The notes under the pieces are model-generated. The model was not told where the DNA came from and ran no database searches. It saw only the letters and a program-made list of their open reading frames with translations. Shown here piece after piece: positions 20,054 to 29,648 of a DNA stretch of 64,000 nucleotides. The DNA is taken from the IMG/VR virus record IMGVR_UViG_3300046387_001330. One strand, given 5' to 3'. The position numbers and the translations under genes were made by a program. The stretch comes from an uncultured virus (IMG/VR IMGVR_UViG_3300046387_001330). Taxonomy: Duplodnaviria > Heunggongvirae > Uroviricota > Caudoviricetes. Within the stretch, counting starts at the first letter, position 1, and each line of letters starts with the position of its first letter.

Positions 20054-20682
20054 ATAAAATTATTGAAAATATACCAGATCTTGGCAAATATAGTCTTTCC
20101 TATATATTTGAGAACTTAAAATTAACGCATAAACAACATACATTATGGCTGGAATTTGGAGTGTATTCGGGTAAAACAATTAATTACATATCAAAATTTA
20201 CTGACTGTAAGGTGTATGGTTTTGATAGTTTTGAAGGCCTACCTGAGTTTTGGAGGAAGGGGTGGTTTGGTGAAGTGGGATCGTTTAATTTGCAAGGTAA
20301 ACTGCCAGAAGTAAATGAAAATGTAGAGTTAGTTAAAGGTTGGTTTAATGAAACTTTAGAACCATTTCTAGAATCGACACCGGGAAAGATTAGTTTTTTA
20401 CACCTAGATGCAGATTTATATAGTTCTACAAAATATGTTCTAGATACATTGACTAAACAAAATCGTATAGATAAAAATTGTATTATAGTCTTTGATGAAT
20501 TATTAAATTTTCCTGAGTTTGATGGGGATACATCTGAATTAAGAGCATTGCGTGAGTGGACCGAAGAAAACTCAAATTTAACATGGCAATGGATTGGTAT
20601 GAATGGTAAAATTGGAGATTCGGGTCTTGACCAAACAGGTAAGAATTATGAAGGGGCTTGCTTGCAAGTTACAAGTATTTAG
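20047..20682 (+). CDS. Class I SAM-dependent O-methyltransferase (TylF/MycF-like)
   Basis: WLEFGVYSG, GFDSFEGLP, LVKGWFNETL, LHLDADLYSS, IVFDE. Start ATG 20047. Confidence 0.85.
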   Translation: MKNKIIENIPDLGKYSLSYIFENLKLTHKQHTLWLEFGVYSGKTINYISKFTDCKVYGFDSFEGLPEFWRKGWFGEVGSFNLQGKLPEVNENVELVKGWFNETLEPFLESTPGKISFLHLDADLYSSTKYVLDTLTKQNRIDKNCIIVFDELLNFPEFDGDTSELRALREWTEENSNLTWQWIGMNGKIGDSGLDQTGKNYEGACLQVTSI

Positions 20683-20729
20683 ATATGTGGATGGCAATAA
20701 AACAAGTAATGGGAAATATAAAATGAAAA
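20661..20729 (+). repeat. 69-bp direct repeat, copy 2
   Basis: cttgcaagttacaagtatttagatatgtggatggcaataaaacaagtaatgggaaatataaaatgaaaa; 67/69 identical to 19985-20053. Confidence 0.95.
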
Positions 20730-21433
20730 CTTGTATCATAACAGCCTGTACAGGAAACTATAAAGCACATTTAAGATCAATCGATCACTTGAATGTTGAT
20801 GGATTTATTTTCGGTGACATCAAAGATGAAAATTTACAAATAGACGGAACTCGATGGACACGAATAAAAGAAACTTATTTTTGGCACACCGATCCATTTA
20901 TGACAGCTAAATACTATAAATGCTTTTGGCATCACATTCCTATCTTAAATGAATATGACGTAGTTGTGTGGATTGACGGTACAGTTGAAATAAAAAGTTT
21001 ACCTTTGAATGAATTAAAAGACCACGATTTGGTGGTATATCAACACGGGATAAGATTTAGCACATACCAAGAAATAGATTTTTCAACCGATGTAAGATAC
21101 AAAGACTACCAACACGGATTGAAAGAACAAAAACAATTGAAAAACATTGATTGGTTAGCAATTACTTGCTTTGTGGTAAACAAACGTTGTGAATCCGTTA
21201 TTAAAATGAATAACAAGTGGTTTTCAGATATAATATTGTATAGTCCACAAGACCAAGTTAGTTTTCCAAGTGCGTGTGAGTATGTAGATGTAAATGTAAA
21301 ATTATACAAATTTTCAAAACCATATCGTGGTAATGTCCGAATTAGAGATTGGAGACGAACTGCATGGAAATCACATACGGAAACGGAACATTATATAAAA
21401 CACAATCACCTTATTAGTCATGAGTTATATTGA
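20723..21433 (+). CDS. DUF616-like putative glycosyltransferase
   Basis: CIITACTGNY, AKYYKC, VWIDG, QDQVSF. Start ATG 20723 lies inside the repeat. Confidence 0.65.
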   Translation: MKTCIITACTGNYKAHLRSIDHLNVDGFIFGDIKDENLQIDGTRWTRIKETYFWHTDPFMTAKYYKCFWHHIPILNEYDVVVWIDGTVEIKSLPLNELKDHDLVVYQHGIRFSTYQEIDFSTDVRYKDYQHGLKEQKQLKNIDWLAITCFVVNKRCESVIKMNNKWFSDIILYSPQDQVSFPSACEYVDVNVKLYKFSKPYRGNVRIRDWRRTAWKSHTETEHYIKHNHLISHELY

Positions 21434-21490
21434 AGGAGAGAACAAGGATAACTTTGACTTAAATAATATATTTTTGTACAACGGAATGAA
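21431..21490 (+). repeat. Direct repeat of the 3' end of the 21569..22225 gene (other copy 22147-22206)
   Basis: 45-bp identical core, 21437-21481 = 22153-22197 (agagaacaaggataactttgacttaaataatatatttttgtacaa). Confidence 0.93.
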
Positions 21491-21562
21491 GAAACGAAGC
21501 AAATCGTTGCGGAAATATACGCAAAAGACATTGAGTATTTTGGGTATGAATTTGGAGAATAA
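21488..21562 (+). pseudogene. Orphan 3' remnant of a Sulfotransfer_2 gene
   Basis: Translates [24 protein letters not shown], nearly identical to the C-terminus of 2167..2793. The rest of the gene is absent. Confidence 0.9.
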
Positions 21563-21568
21563 TTAATC

Positions 21569-22225
21569 ATGATTTACACAAACATACCATACACACCAAA
21601 GGAACTTGGAACTAATTTAGGTTACGCATATAATAAATTTATGGAGATGCTTCCAAATGATGATGATTGGGGTTGCTTTCTTGATCACGATGTAATGTTT
21701 ACAACATCAAACTGGTATATACAACTAAATGACATTGTAGAAAAAAATCCTGATGTAGGTGCATTTGGAGCAAGAACAAACAGACTAAATAGTACCTATC
21801 AACTTGTGGGTAATATTGATGTTTATAATCACGACATTATATATCACAGAAAGATTGGGAAACACTTGCAGACAAAATATTATGACGATCTATTTGTAAT
21901 TGATGAAAATACTGCACAAAAAGGATTTAGTGGTGTATTGATATTGTTAAAAAAATCTATTTGGAAAAAAATAAACGGATTTAAAGCAGAAGGATTTAAT
22001 CATGTGGACAATGATTTAAGATATCGTCTTGAGGAACATAAGATTCCGTTTCATATAATGAATGGTGTGTACGTGTATCATTGGTATAAAGCAGATGATC
22101 CATATGAAAGATGTCGCAAAAAATTTAAGGCAATCAATGAAAGGTATGAAAAAGAGAACAAGGATAACTTTGACTTAAATAATATATTTTTGTACAAAGG
22201 AACGAAAGGAGAATTACCAATATGA
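21569..22225 (+). CDS. GT2-like glycosyltransferase
   Basis: NLGYAYN, WGCFLDHD, FSGVLIL, NGF...VDND, VYVYH. Confidence 0.65.
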   Translation: MIYTNIPYTPKELGTNLGYAYNKFMEMLPNDDDWGCFLDHDVMFTTSNWYIQLNDIVEKNPDVGAFGARTNRLNSTYQLVGNIDVYNHDIIYHRKIGKHLQTKYYDDLFVIDENTAQKGFSGVLILLKKSIWKKINGFKAEGFNHVDNDLRYRLEEHKIPFHIMNGVYVYHWYKADDPYERCRKKFKAINERYEKENKDNFDLNNIFLYKGTKGELPI

Positions 22226-23022
22226 AAAAGTTGATTGAAAAAGTGGTAAACCAATTGGGATATGTACCAAAGGTATATTATGTAGGTATGGGAAAAACAG
22301 CATCAACGAGTTTATGTGGGGGACTTAGTCCACGTGCAATGCATTGGCATAGTACATCATATTTTCAGAAATTGTATAAAACTACATTTCTCACGGATAA
22401 CAACTTGAATGTTTATGATTTAATATTATCTATTGGTAAAGAATATAAATTTTCACCGTTGATAATTGAATGCATTCGTGAACCAATAACACAGCAAATT
22501 TCGTCTAATTTTCAACATCTGAAACTAAATAGAAAATACCAAAATAAACCTTGTCAATGTGACCTATGTATGTGGAAAAAGACTGATGCGGAAGATGTAG
22601 AAGCACTGAGAAATGTTATACGGAATTCAATATTGAAATTAAAGACTGACCCTAATATACCTTATTCACATAGGAAGTGGAAGAAATATTTTGGTATTGA
22701 TTTGCTTGAAATGTTTAATTACGAAAAAAGATTTTTATACAAAGAGGTGGATAATGCAAAACTATTATTTATCCGATATGAGGACATTGATTCACGACAA
22801 GAGATTATTAAAGAGATTGGTCATGAGTATACTAATGTGGTAACAAATAAAACAAATAAAAGCAAAAATTTTATTAGTAAATGCTATAATGAAATAAAGA
22901 ATAATTTACATAAGTTAAAGTTATCATGTGATGATGTTGATAAAATATATTCAAACAAATACGTAACTTCGTTTTACTCAAACGAAGAAATAAGCAATTT
23001 TAAATTAAAATTTTTCAAATGA
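22222..23022 (+). CDS. Sulfotransferase-like protein (capsular-polysaccharide-synthesis type)
   Basis: YVGMGKTASTS PSB-like loop, IREPI..ISS, IRYED. Confidence 0.6.
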   Translation: MKKLIEKVVNQLGYVPKVYYVGMGKTASTSLCGGLSPRAMHWHSTSYFQKLYKTTFLTDNNLNVYDLILSIGKEYKFSPLIIECIREPITQQISSNFQHLKLNRKYQNKPCQCDLCMWKKTDAEDVEALRNVIRNSILKLKTDPNIPYSHRKWKKYFGIDLLEMFNYEKRFLYKEVDNAKLLFIRYEDIDSRQEIIKEIGHEYTNVVTNKTNKSKNFISKCYNEIKNNLHKLKLSCDDVDKIYSNKYVTSFYSNEEISNFKLKFFK

Positions 23023-23756
23023 AAATAGCAGTTTATACAGCAAACATCGGTGGTTGCATCAAATTTTATGAACCACAAATTCTTGAGAATAATGTTGACT
23101 ACATTTACTTCACCGATGACAAAAATTTGAAATCCGACAAGTGGAATATTGTTTATATAGAAAATACGATAGAAACAACAGATGTATCAACCGGAAACAG
23201 ATCACTTGCCAAACGAATAAAGATGCTATTTTGGGAATATCTTGGAGAATATGATTGGGTGGTTTGGATTGATGCACAAAATAAAATTCTATCAGATGGA
23301 TTTTGTTCTTATATAGACACAATACCATCTACCATTGACGCAGTATTTAAACCAAATCCACATCCACGTAATCGTAAAAATAAACGGACAAGTGTGTATG
23401 CGGAAATTGAAGAACTTAGGAAAATGAATCTTGAAGATGCTGATGCACTTGCTCGGTGGGGGGAAGAACTTCAAAAACTAAATTTTCCGGCAAACGAGTA
23501 TGGCCTTTTTGAAACCAATATCATATTCTGGAGATACAATTCCAAAAACATTACAAGAGACTTCAATCAAGAATGGTGGGAATTGAGCACCAAACGTTTC
23601 AGACGTGACCAACTTACTATAAATTATTTGATATGGAAATATGATATAAAAGAATATGTTTTGGTTGATGACTTGGAAAGTGTCATAAAAACGAAAAAAG
23701 ATATGATCCACGGCCGCACCAGTAAAGGAATTCAAGAGAGACGGGGTGACTTCTAA
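23019..23756 (+). CDS. DUF616-like putative glycosyltransferase
   Basis: IAVYTANIG, DYIYFTD, AKRIK, VWIDA, RRDQL. Confidence 0.72.
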   Translation: MKIAVYTANIGGCIKFYEPQILENNVDYIYFTDDKNLKSDKWNIVYIENTIETTDVSTGNRSLAKRIKMLFWEYLGEYDWVVWIDAQNKILSDGFCSYIDTIPSTIDAVFKPNPHPRNRKNKRTSVYAEIEELRKMNLEDADALARWGEELQKLNFPANEYGLFETNIIFWRYNSKNITRDFNQEWWELSTKRFRRDQLTINYLIWKYDIKEYVLVDDLESVIKTKKDMIHGRTSKGIQERRGDF

Positions 23757-23879
23757 TTTTACTATGAAAAAATTAGGTTGTGCTATTCAAAAGTAAAAGA
23801 CGAAACTCATAAGAAAAGAGAAAATTTGGAATGAGTTGAAGATTTGCTCAAATTATATATTAACTAAATATTTATTACT

Positions 23880-24764
23880 ATGATACTATTAATAGGCGGT
23901 ACAGGATATGTCGGACTTAAATTTCAGGAGATTTTGTCGTCGCGAAACATTGAGTTTAAAAATCTTTCAAGAAGTGAAGTTGATTATTATGACTTCAAAA
24001 CTTTGAACGATGTAATTGTTAATTCAAAACCTGAGTTTGTATTAAACGCAGGAGGTTTCACAGGAAAACCAAATGTTGATCAATGCGAAATCAACAAAAG
24101 TGGAACAATCATCGGAAACGTTCTTCTTCCTCAGATTCTTGGTCAAGTATGTGAACTTAACGATGTTCCATTGGTTCATGTAAGCAGTGGTTGTATTTAT
24201 GCAGGTGACAAAGGAGAAGATGCTAACGGAAACAAAATTGGATTCACAGAAGAAGATGTCCCAAACTTTTCATACGATCAACCTCCTTGTAGTTTTTACA
24301 GTGGAAGTAAAGCACTTGGTGAAGAAATTTTAAGCAAGTTTGAAAAAGTGTATACTTGCAGACTTAGAATTCCATTTGATCAATTTGATTCTAATCGTAA
24401 TTATTTATCAAAGATTCAAAGATACGACAAAGTGTATAATGCAGTCAACTCAATTTCGCATCGTGAAGAATTTGTAAATGCTTGTCTTGATTTACCTTTG
24501 AACAAATGCGACTATGGAATCTACAATGTAACCAACGGAGGGTATGTTACAACAAAGCAAGTCGTTGAGTGCATGAAAAAGAAGTTTAAGTTGGAAAAAG
24601 AATTTGAATATTGGGAAGATGATTCAGAGTTTTATAGCAAAGGAGCAACTGCACCAAGATCAAATTGTGTAATGGACAATACCAAATTATTAAACACAGG
24701 AATCAAAATGCGTTATTGCATGGATGCAATTGAGGATTCGTTCGACAAATGGGTGAAAGAGTAA
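23880..24764 (+). CDS. RmlD-fold NDP-4-keto-6-deoxyglucose reductase, NRS/ER (epimerase-reductase)-like
   Basis: GGTGYVG, GFTGKPNVDQCE, HVSSGCIY, SFYSGSK, RLRIP, APRSNC.MD. Confidence 0.8.
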   Translation: MILLIGGTGYVGLKFQEILSSRNIEFKNLSRSEVDYYDFKTLNDVIVNSKPEFVLNAGGFTGKPNVDQCEINKSGTIIGNVLLPQILGQVCELNDVPLVHVSSGCIYAGDKGEDANGNKIGFTEEDVPNFSYDQPPCSFYSGSKALGEEILSKFEKVYTCRLRIPFDQFDSNRNYLSKIQRYDKVYNAVNSISHREEFVNACLDLPLNKCDYGIYNVTNGGYVTTKQVVECMKKKFKLEKEFEYWEDDSEFYSKGATAPRSNCVMDNTKLLNTGIKMRYCMDAIEDSFDKWVKE

Positions 24765-24768
24765 GGTT

Positions 24769-25881
24769 ATGAAAACAATTTTATATGGAGCATTCGGAAG
24801 GCATAACTTTGGAGATTTGTTGTTCCCACACATTGTGCATAAATTAATCAAAAAAAATATACATGAATCAGAAATAGAGTTTTGCGATGTCGTATCAGGA
24901 GACATGACTGAATTCGGTGGTCATAATGTGAAAACAATTGCGAATTTTATAGATTACGAAGATGGTGTAAATGTAATACACATTGGTGGTGAAATTGGTG
25001 GTTGTAAGTTATCAGGTGCAGTTAAAATGTGCGAACCATTAACCAATGAACAGAAAACTGAGGTCAGCAAATTAAAAAAATATAAAATGTCCCTTGGATA
25101 TGTGTTACCTAAGTCATTATTTAAAAAACCCAAAACATTTATAGCAAACTCAGTTGGTGGGTTATCAAGAATATCTGCGAAATACTATACAGATTTTGAT
25201 TATCTAAGTTTCAGAGATGAAAATTCATGTAAAAAACTGAATTCAAAAAAAATAAATTGTAATTTAGTACCCGATTCGGCAATTTTAACAAAGTATTTTT
25301 TTAATGATATTATATCCAACCGAAGTTCATTAGATGCAATTAAAACTATACATAATAAAATTGGAAAAGAATATATTGCAGTTCAAATTAAGAAACGATA
25401 CCTAACGCAAATAATTTCATTTGAGAAGGTCTTGGGTAAAATTATATCAAAAACAAATTTGCCTATTTTATTTTTTTGTGCGGGAGTTGCACCGGGACAT
25501 GATTCACTTGATTTATATAAAGAAAAATTTAAAAATTTACCAAATGATAAAGTTCATTTTTTTAATAGTTTAAATATATGGGATGTTTGTAATGTAATTT
25601 CAAACGCAAAACTTGTAATCGGAACGAGTCTTCATGTTAGAATATTATCACAACAATTTTTCAGACCACGGGTTGCACTGGATGTCAAGGATAAACATAG
25701 ATCTTTTATAGCAAAATGGGATAATATAAACAATTTAGATATAAATCTAAAAACAATTGCATCATATGTAAATGAAATAATTCAAAATCATGATTATGAA
25801 GCAGATGAAAAACAATTAAAATTTTTACAAACCAAATATTTGGAAAAAGCAAGTTGGGTAGATTTATTAAATGAAACTTAA
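24769..25881 (+). CDS. Polysaccharide pyruvyl transferase family
   Basis: HNFGDLLFP, IGGE, SFRDE, VPDSA, GTSLH. Confidence 0.8.
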   Translation: MKTILYGAFGRHNFGDLLFPHIVHKLIKKNIHESEIEFCDVVSGDMTEFGGHNVKTIANFIDYEDGVNVIHIGGEIGGCKLSGAVKMCEPLTNEQKTEVSKLKKYKMSLGYVLPKSLFKKPKTFIANSVGGLSRISAKYYTDFDYLSFRDENSCKKLNSKKINCNLVPDSAILTKYFFNDIISNRSSLDAIKTIHNKIGKEYIAVQIKKRYLTQIISFEKVLGKIISKTNLPILFFCAGVAPGHDSLDLYKEKFKNLPNDKVHFFNSLNIWDVCNVISNAKLVIGTSLHVRILSQQFFRPRVALDVKDKHRSFIAKWDNINNLDINLKTIASYVNEIIQNHDYEADEKQLKFLQTKYLEKASWVDLLNET

Positions 25882-26845
25882 AAACATATTAATAACAGGA
25901 GGTTGTGGATTCATAGGTTCAAACCTTGTTCTGCATCTTGCGAAGAAGTATCCTAATTACAAGTTAATCAACTTGGATTTAATGACATATGCTTCCGATG
26001 CAAGTTATCTTAAAACGTTAAAAGACAATCCAAATTATGTATTCGTGAAAGGAGACATCCGTGACGAGAAGTTGGTCAATGAATTGTTTGATGAACACAA
26101 CATTGATTCAGTAATTCATCTTGCAGCTGAGTCACACGTAGACAATAGCATCAAAAGACCATTAGACTTCGTTACAACGAATGTAGTAGGTACTTGTGTG
26201 CTTCTTGAAGCATTTCGTAACAAAGGCAAAGGAAGATTTCATTATGTGTCCACAGACGAAATTTACGGAACACTAGGAGCAACTGGAAAATTTTCGGAAA
26301 CAACTCCGTTCGATCCTAATAGTCCTTATAGTGCAAGTAAAGCAAGTGGTAACTTCTTTGTAAATGCTTATTCTGAAACATACAAACTTAATGTAATTAC
26401 TACGAGTTGTTCAAACAATTATGGTCCCCACCAACATCGTGAGAAATTAATTCCAACGATTGTTCGTACTGCACTTGCTAATAAGGATATTCCGATTTAT
26501 GGAAAAGGAGATAATGTTCGTGATTGGTTGTTTGTTGAAGATCATTGCGTTGCAATTGATGAAGTATTTCACAACGGAAAAACCGGTGAGATATATAATG
26601 TAGGTGGAGACAGAGAACTCAACAATCTTGAACTCGCAAATAAAATCTGTGATATTCTTGATGAATTAAAACCTAAAGAAACAAAATACTCAGAACAACT
26701 TACTTTCGTTGAAGATCGTAAAGGACACGACTTTCGGTATGCAGTTGATTTTAGCAAAATTCACAATCAATTAAATTGGAATCCCACACCGGATTTTGAA
26801 GGAAAACTTCGTGAAACAATAAAATGGAATGTTAATGAGTTGTGA
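25871..26845 (+). CDS. rfbB: dTDP-glucose 4,6-dehydratase
   Basis: TGGCGFIGS, HLAAESHVDNSI, VSTDEIYG, SPYSASKA, SNNYGP, NVRDWL, DRKGHDFRY. Confidence 0.96.
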   Translation: MKLKNILITGGCGFIGSNLVLHLAKKYPNYKLINLDLMTYASDASYLKTLKDNPNYVFVKGDIRDEKLVNELFDEHNIDSVIHLAAESHVDNSIKRPLDFVTTNVVGTCVLLEAFRNKGKGRFHYVSTDEIYGTLGATGKFSETTPFDPNSPYSASKASGNFFVNAYSETYKLNVITTSCSNNYGPHQHREKLIPTIVRTALANKDIPIYGKGDNVRDWLFVEDHCVAIDEVFHNGKTGEIYNVGGDRELNNLELANKICDILDELKPKETKYSEQLTFVEDRKGHDFRYAVDFSKIHNQLNWNPTPDFEGKLRETIKWNVNEL

Positions 26846-27465
26846 AGTTAAATATTATAATAAGAGGTCACTTATATAAGGAAAACTTTCGTCCTGCATT
26901 TATGTCAAAACTTAAAAGAAAAAATAATTGCAGAGAATATTATACACAAAACTTCTTGGAAATAATTGATAAGTATAGTGAATTATTTAAAGGTTTAATG
27001 TCTAGATATAAAGTAAGGGTGACATTTACTTCATATGATACAACCCCTTCTAATGTAATTGATGTTATACAAAGTAACAATTGGAACTTACACTTAATAC
27101 CGGAAGAGGGTTCACGACAATTTACTTCGTGTTGTGATTATATAGAAACACAAAAAGATGATTGTATAAATCTACTACTCAGATCAGACCTTATATTAAA
27201 AGATAAATTTATAAGCATATTGACTCAATTTGACTATGAATCGTGTGATGGAATATTTGTTTTATCAAATCAACCTAATAATCGTGAAAATGATATATTG
27301 CACATTTTTCCAAGTTATATGAATTCAAATATACTACAATTAAAAAGATCACCTAGTGGTCATTTTTTACACAGAAAATATAATATTTCGACACTTGTTA
27401 AAAAAAAGTGGTGGGTTGTAAATAAAAACGACTATTATGAGATTTACAGAGGTGAAAAACTTTAA
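26842..27465 (+). CDS. Hypothetical GT-like protein
   Basis: IIIRG...SYDT...LLRSDL pattern shared with 35359..36180. Confidence 0.4.
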   Translation: MKLNIIIRGHLYKENFRPAFMSKLKRKNNCREYYTQNFLEIIDKYSELFKGLMSRYKVRVTFTSYDTTPSNVIDVIQSNNWNLHLIPEEGSRQFTSCCDYIETQKDDCINLLLRSDLILKDKFISILTQFDYESCDGIFVLSNQPNNRENDILHIFPSYMNSNILQLKRSPSGHFLHRKYNISTLVKKKWWVVNKNDYYEIYRGEKL

Positions 27466-27495
27466 AATCATAATTATATTATATTTATAATAGAG

Positions 27496-28902
27496 GTGAT
27501 AAAACTAATAATATTTGATATGGATGGAGTTCTGGTCGATGCACGTGATTTACATTATCACGCATTAAACCGAGCATTGTCCGAAGTGGGTGATGAATTT
27601 GTTATTTCAAGAGAAGAGCACCTTTCAACTTATGACGGATTATCTACAACAAAAAAACTTGCAAAGTTGACAGAAGATAAAAATCTGTCACCTGATAAGC
27701 ACGATGAAATTTGGAAGCACAAACAAGATCATACAAATGATATAATTGCAAATGAATTTACGTGGGATGAAAGACTGCGTGGAATTTTAAGAAGATTTAA
27801 GTCAGAGGGTTATACAATAGCAGTTGCATCTAATTCGATTAGACCGACCGTAAAAATGATGTTACTAAGAAAGGGTTTTTTGGAGTTTATAGATTTTTAT
27901 TATTCAAATCAAGATGTCTCTAAACCAAAACCGGCAACCGAAATTTATCTAAAATGTATGATAAAAGCAGGAGTCGATCCTATTGATACTGTAATTATTG
28001 AGGATTCTCATATAGGAAGAAAAGGAGCATTAAAATCCGGTGGAAATTTGTGTGGTGTTCGTGATCCAAACGATGTTACATACGAGATCATAAAAAACAC
28101 CATTGACAAATGCGATAACAAATCAAAAATTAAACCAAAGTGGCAAGGAGGGAATATGAATGTATTAATACCAATGGCAGGAAGAGGAAGTCGGTTTGCG
28201 AAAAAAGGATTTACTTTTCCAAAACCACTAATTGAAGTAAATGAAAAACCAATGATTGAAGTTGTTGTTGATAATATCAACATTGAAGCAAATCATATTT
28301 TTATTGTTCAGAAAGAGCATTATGAAAAATATAATTTAGAAGAAACTTTAAATAGAGTATATGAAAATTGTACAATTGTACAAATTGATGGAGTGACTGA
28401 TGGGGCTGCGTGTACTACATTACTTGCAAGAGAGTTTATTGATAATGATGAACCATTGCTTATTGCAAACTCTGACCAGTTCGTAGAATGGGATAGCAAT
28501 GAATTTATGTATAGCATGGTTGGTGATACAACAGACGGAGGAATTCTTACCTTTCCATCAAAACACCCAAAGTGGAGTTATGCGAAATTAGATGAAGACG
28601 GATATGTAACCCGTGTTGAAGAGAAAAAACCCATAAGTGACAAAGCAACTGTTGGTATCTATTACTGGACAAAGGGTTCGGATTACGTAAAATATGCAGA
28701 CAAGATGATTGAGGAGGATAAAAGGATAAATGGTGAATTTTATGTGTGTCCTGTATATAACGAAGCAATTGAAGATGGTAAGAAAATAAAGATATTTGAT
28801 ATACCTCGTATGTGGGGATTGGGAACACCTGAAGACCTTGATTACTTTTTAAAGTATTTTGGTCGTGAGCAAGATGATAATGTAGTAAATCCAAATGAGT
28901 AA
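27496..28902 (+). CDS. HAD phosphatase fused to a sugar-nucleotidyltransferase domain
   Basis: N-terminal FDMDGVLVD, ASNS, KPKP, IEDS..G. C-terminal IPMAGRGSRF, PKPLI, GAACT, ANSDQ, EEKKPIS, GLGTPEDL. Confidence 0.85.
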   Translation: MIKLIIFDMDGVLVDARDLHYHALNRALSEVGDEFVISREEHLSTYDGLSTTKKLAKLTEDKNLSPDKHDEIWKHKQDHTNDIIANEFTWDERLRGILRRFKSEGYTIAVASNSIRPTVKMMLLRKGFLEFIDFYYSNQDVSKPKPATEIYLKCMIKAGVDPIDTVIIEDSHIGRKGALKSGGNLCGVRDPNDVTYEIIKNTIDKCDNKSKIKPKWQGGNMNVLIPMAGRGSRFAKKGFTFPKPLIEVNEKPMIEVVVDNINIEANHIFIVQKEHYEKYNLEETLNRVYENCTIVQIDGVTDGAACTTLLAREFIDNDEPLLIANSDQFVEWDSNEFMYSMVGDTTDGGILTFPSKHPKWSYAKLDEDGYVTRVEEKKPISDKATVGIYYWTKGSDYVKYADKMIEEDKRINGEFYVCPVYNEAIEDGKKIKIFDIPRMWGLGTPEDLDYFLKYFGREQDDNVVNPNE

Positions 28903-29305
28903 TAAAATGAACTTAATTAAAAACACGAAAGAATATTTTAGTGCATTTTCAAATAAAAATATTCAAAAACTAAATTTATTATACGCAGATTCAATTTCAT
29001 TAACTGATTGGGTTGATTCTGCGGATGGAAAAGCAAATGTGATTGAAATGAACAAAAATTTGTTTCAGTCGTTTGAAAATATTACGGTACTCATTCAAAA
29101 AATACATTGTGATAAAAATGTTGCATCTTGTGAAATAGAAATAATACTTGATGTAAAAGATAAAAGAACAATATTGAAGGTTGTTGATATAATTGAATAT
29201 GATAATTCTTCAAAAATAGTAGCAATTAGAGCATACCTTGGAGGTGAGTCGGAGATGACTAAACCAATTGGTGGAAATATGGGACCATATGATTTTGAAG
29301 GGTGA
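28895..29305 (+). CDS. SnoaL/NTF2-like protein
   Basis: YFSAFSNK, LTDW, VVDIIEYD, IRAY; size about 130 aa. Confidence 0.65.
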   Translation: MSNKMNLIKNTKEYFSAFSNKNIQKLNLLYADSISLTDWVDSADGKANVIEMNKNLFQSFENITVLIQKIHCDKNVASCEIEIILDVKDKRTILKVVDIIEYDNSSKIVAIRAYLGGESEMTKPIGGNMGPYDFEG

Positions 29306-29648
29306 GCATAAAAAATTTAATATCAAAGATTTTAAAAATGGGTGGTTTGTGGGAAACTTTATACCCTCTTTGATAAAAACAAATGATGTTGAGATTGGAT
29401 TGAAAGAATACAAAGCAGGAGATTATGAAAGTTTTCACCACCATCGTAAAGCAACGGAAATAACTTGTATTGTGGAAGGTGAAGTAGAGATGTGTGGGGT
29501 GAGATACAAATCGGGTGATATACTCGTTATTAAACCATTTCAAGGTACAGACTTCAAAGCAATAACTGATGCTAAAAATATAGTGGTGAAATATCCAGGT
29601 GCGAACAACGATAAATTTGAGGGACAATATGAAACTGATAGCACATAG
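29289..29648 (+). CDS. Cupin-fold protein
   Basis: GWFVGNF.P, HHHRKATEIT, GDILVI.P. Start ATG 29289. Confidence 0.65.
   Translation: MILKGEHKKFNIKDFKNGWFVGNFIPSLIKTNDVEIGLKEYKAGDYESFHHHRKATEITCIVEGEVEMCGVRYKSGDILVIKPFQGTDFKAITDAKNIVVKYPGANNDKFEGQYETDST

Noticed and set aside
20603..20722. N-terminal extensions of ORFs 20011 and 20603 (DGNKTSN.KYKMK)
   Set aside because: Produced by the 69-bp repeat; the real starts are ATG 20047 and 20723.
23757..23834. 25 in-frame sense codons after the TAA of 23019..23756 (possible premature stop or gene-tail remnant)
   Set aside because: No matching copy found in the window, and the length is within chance; needs homologue comparison.
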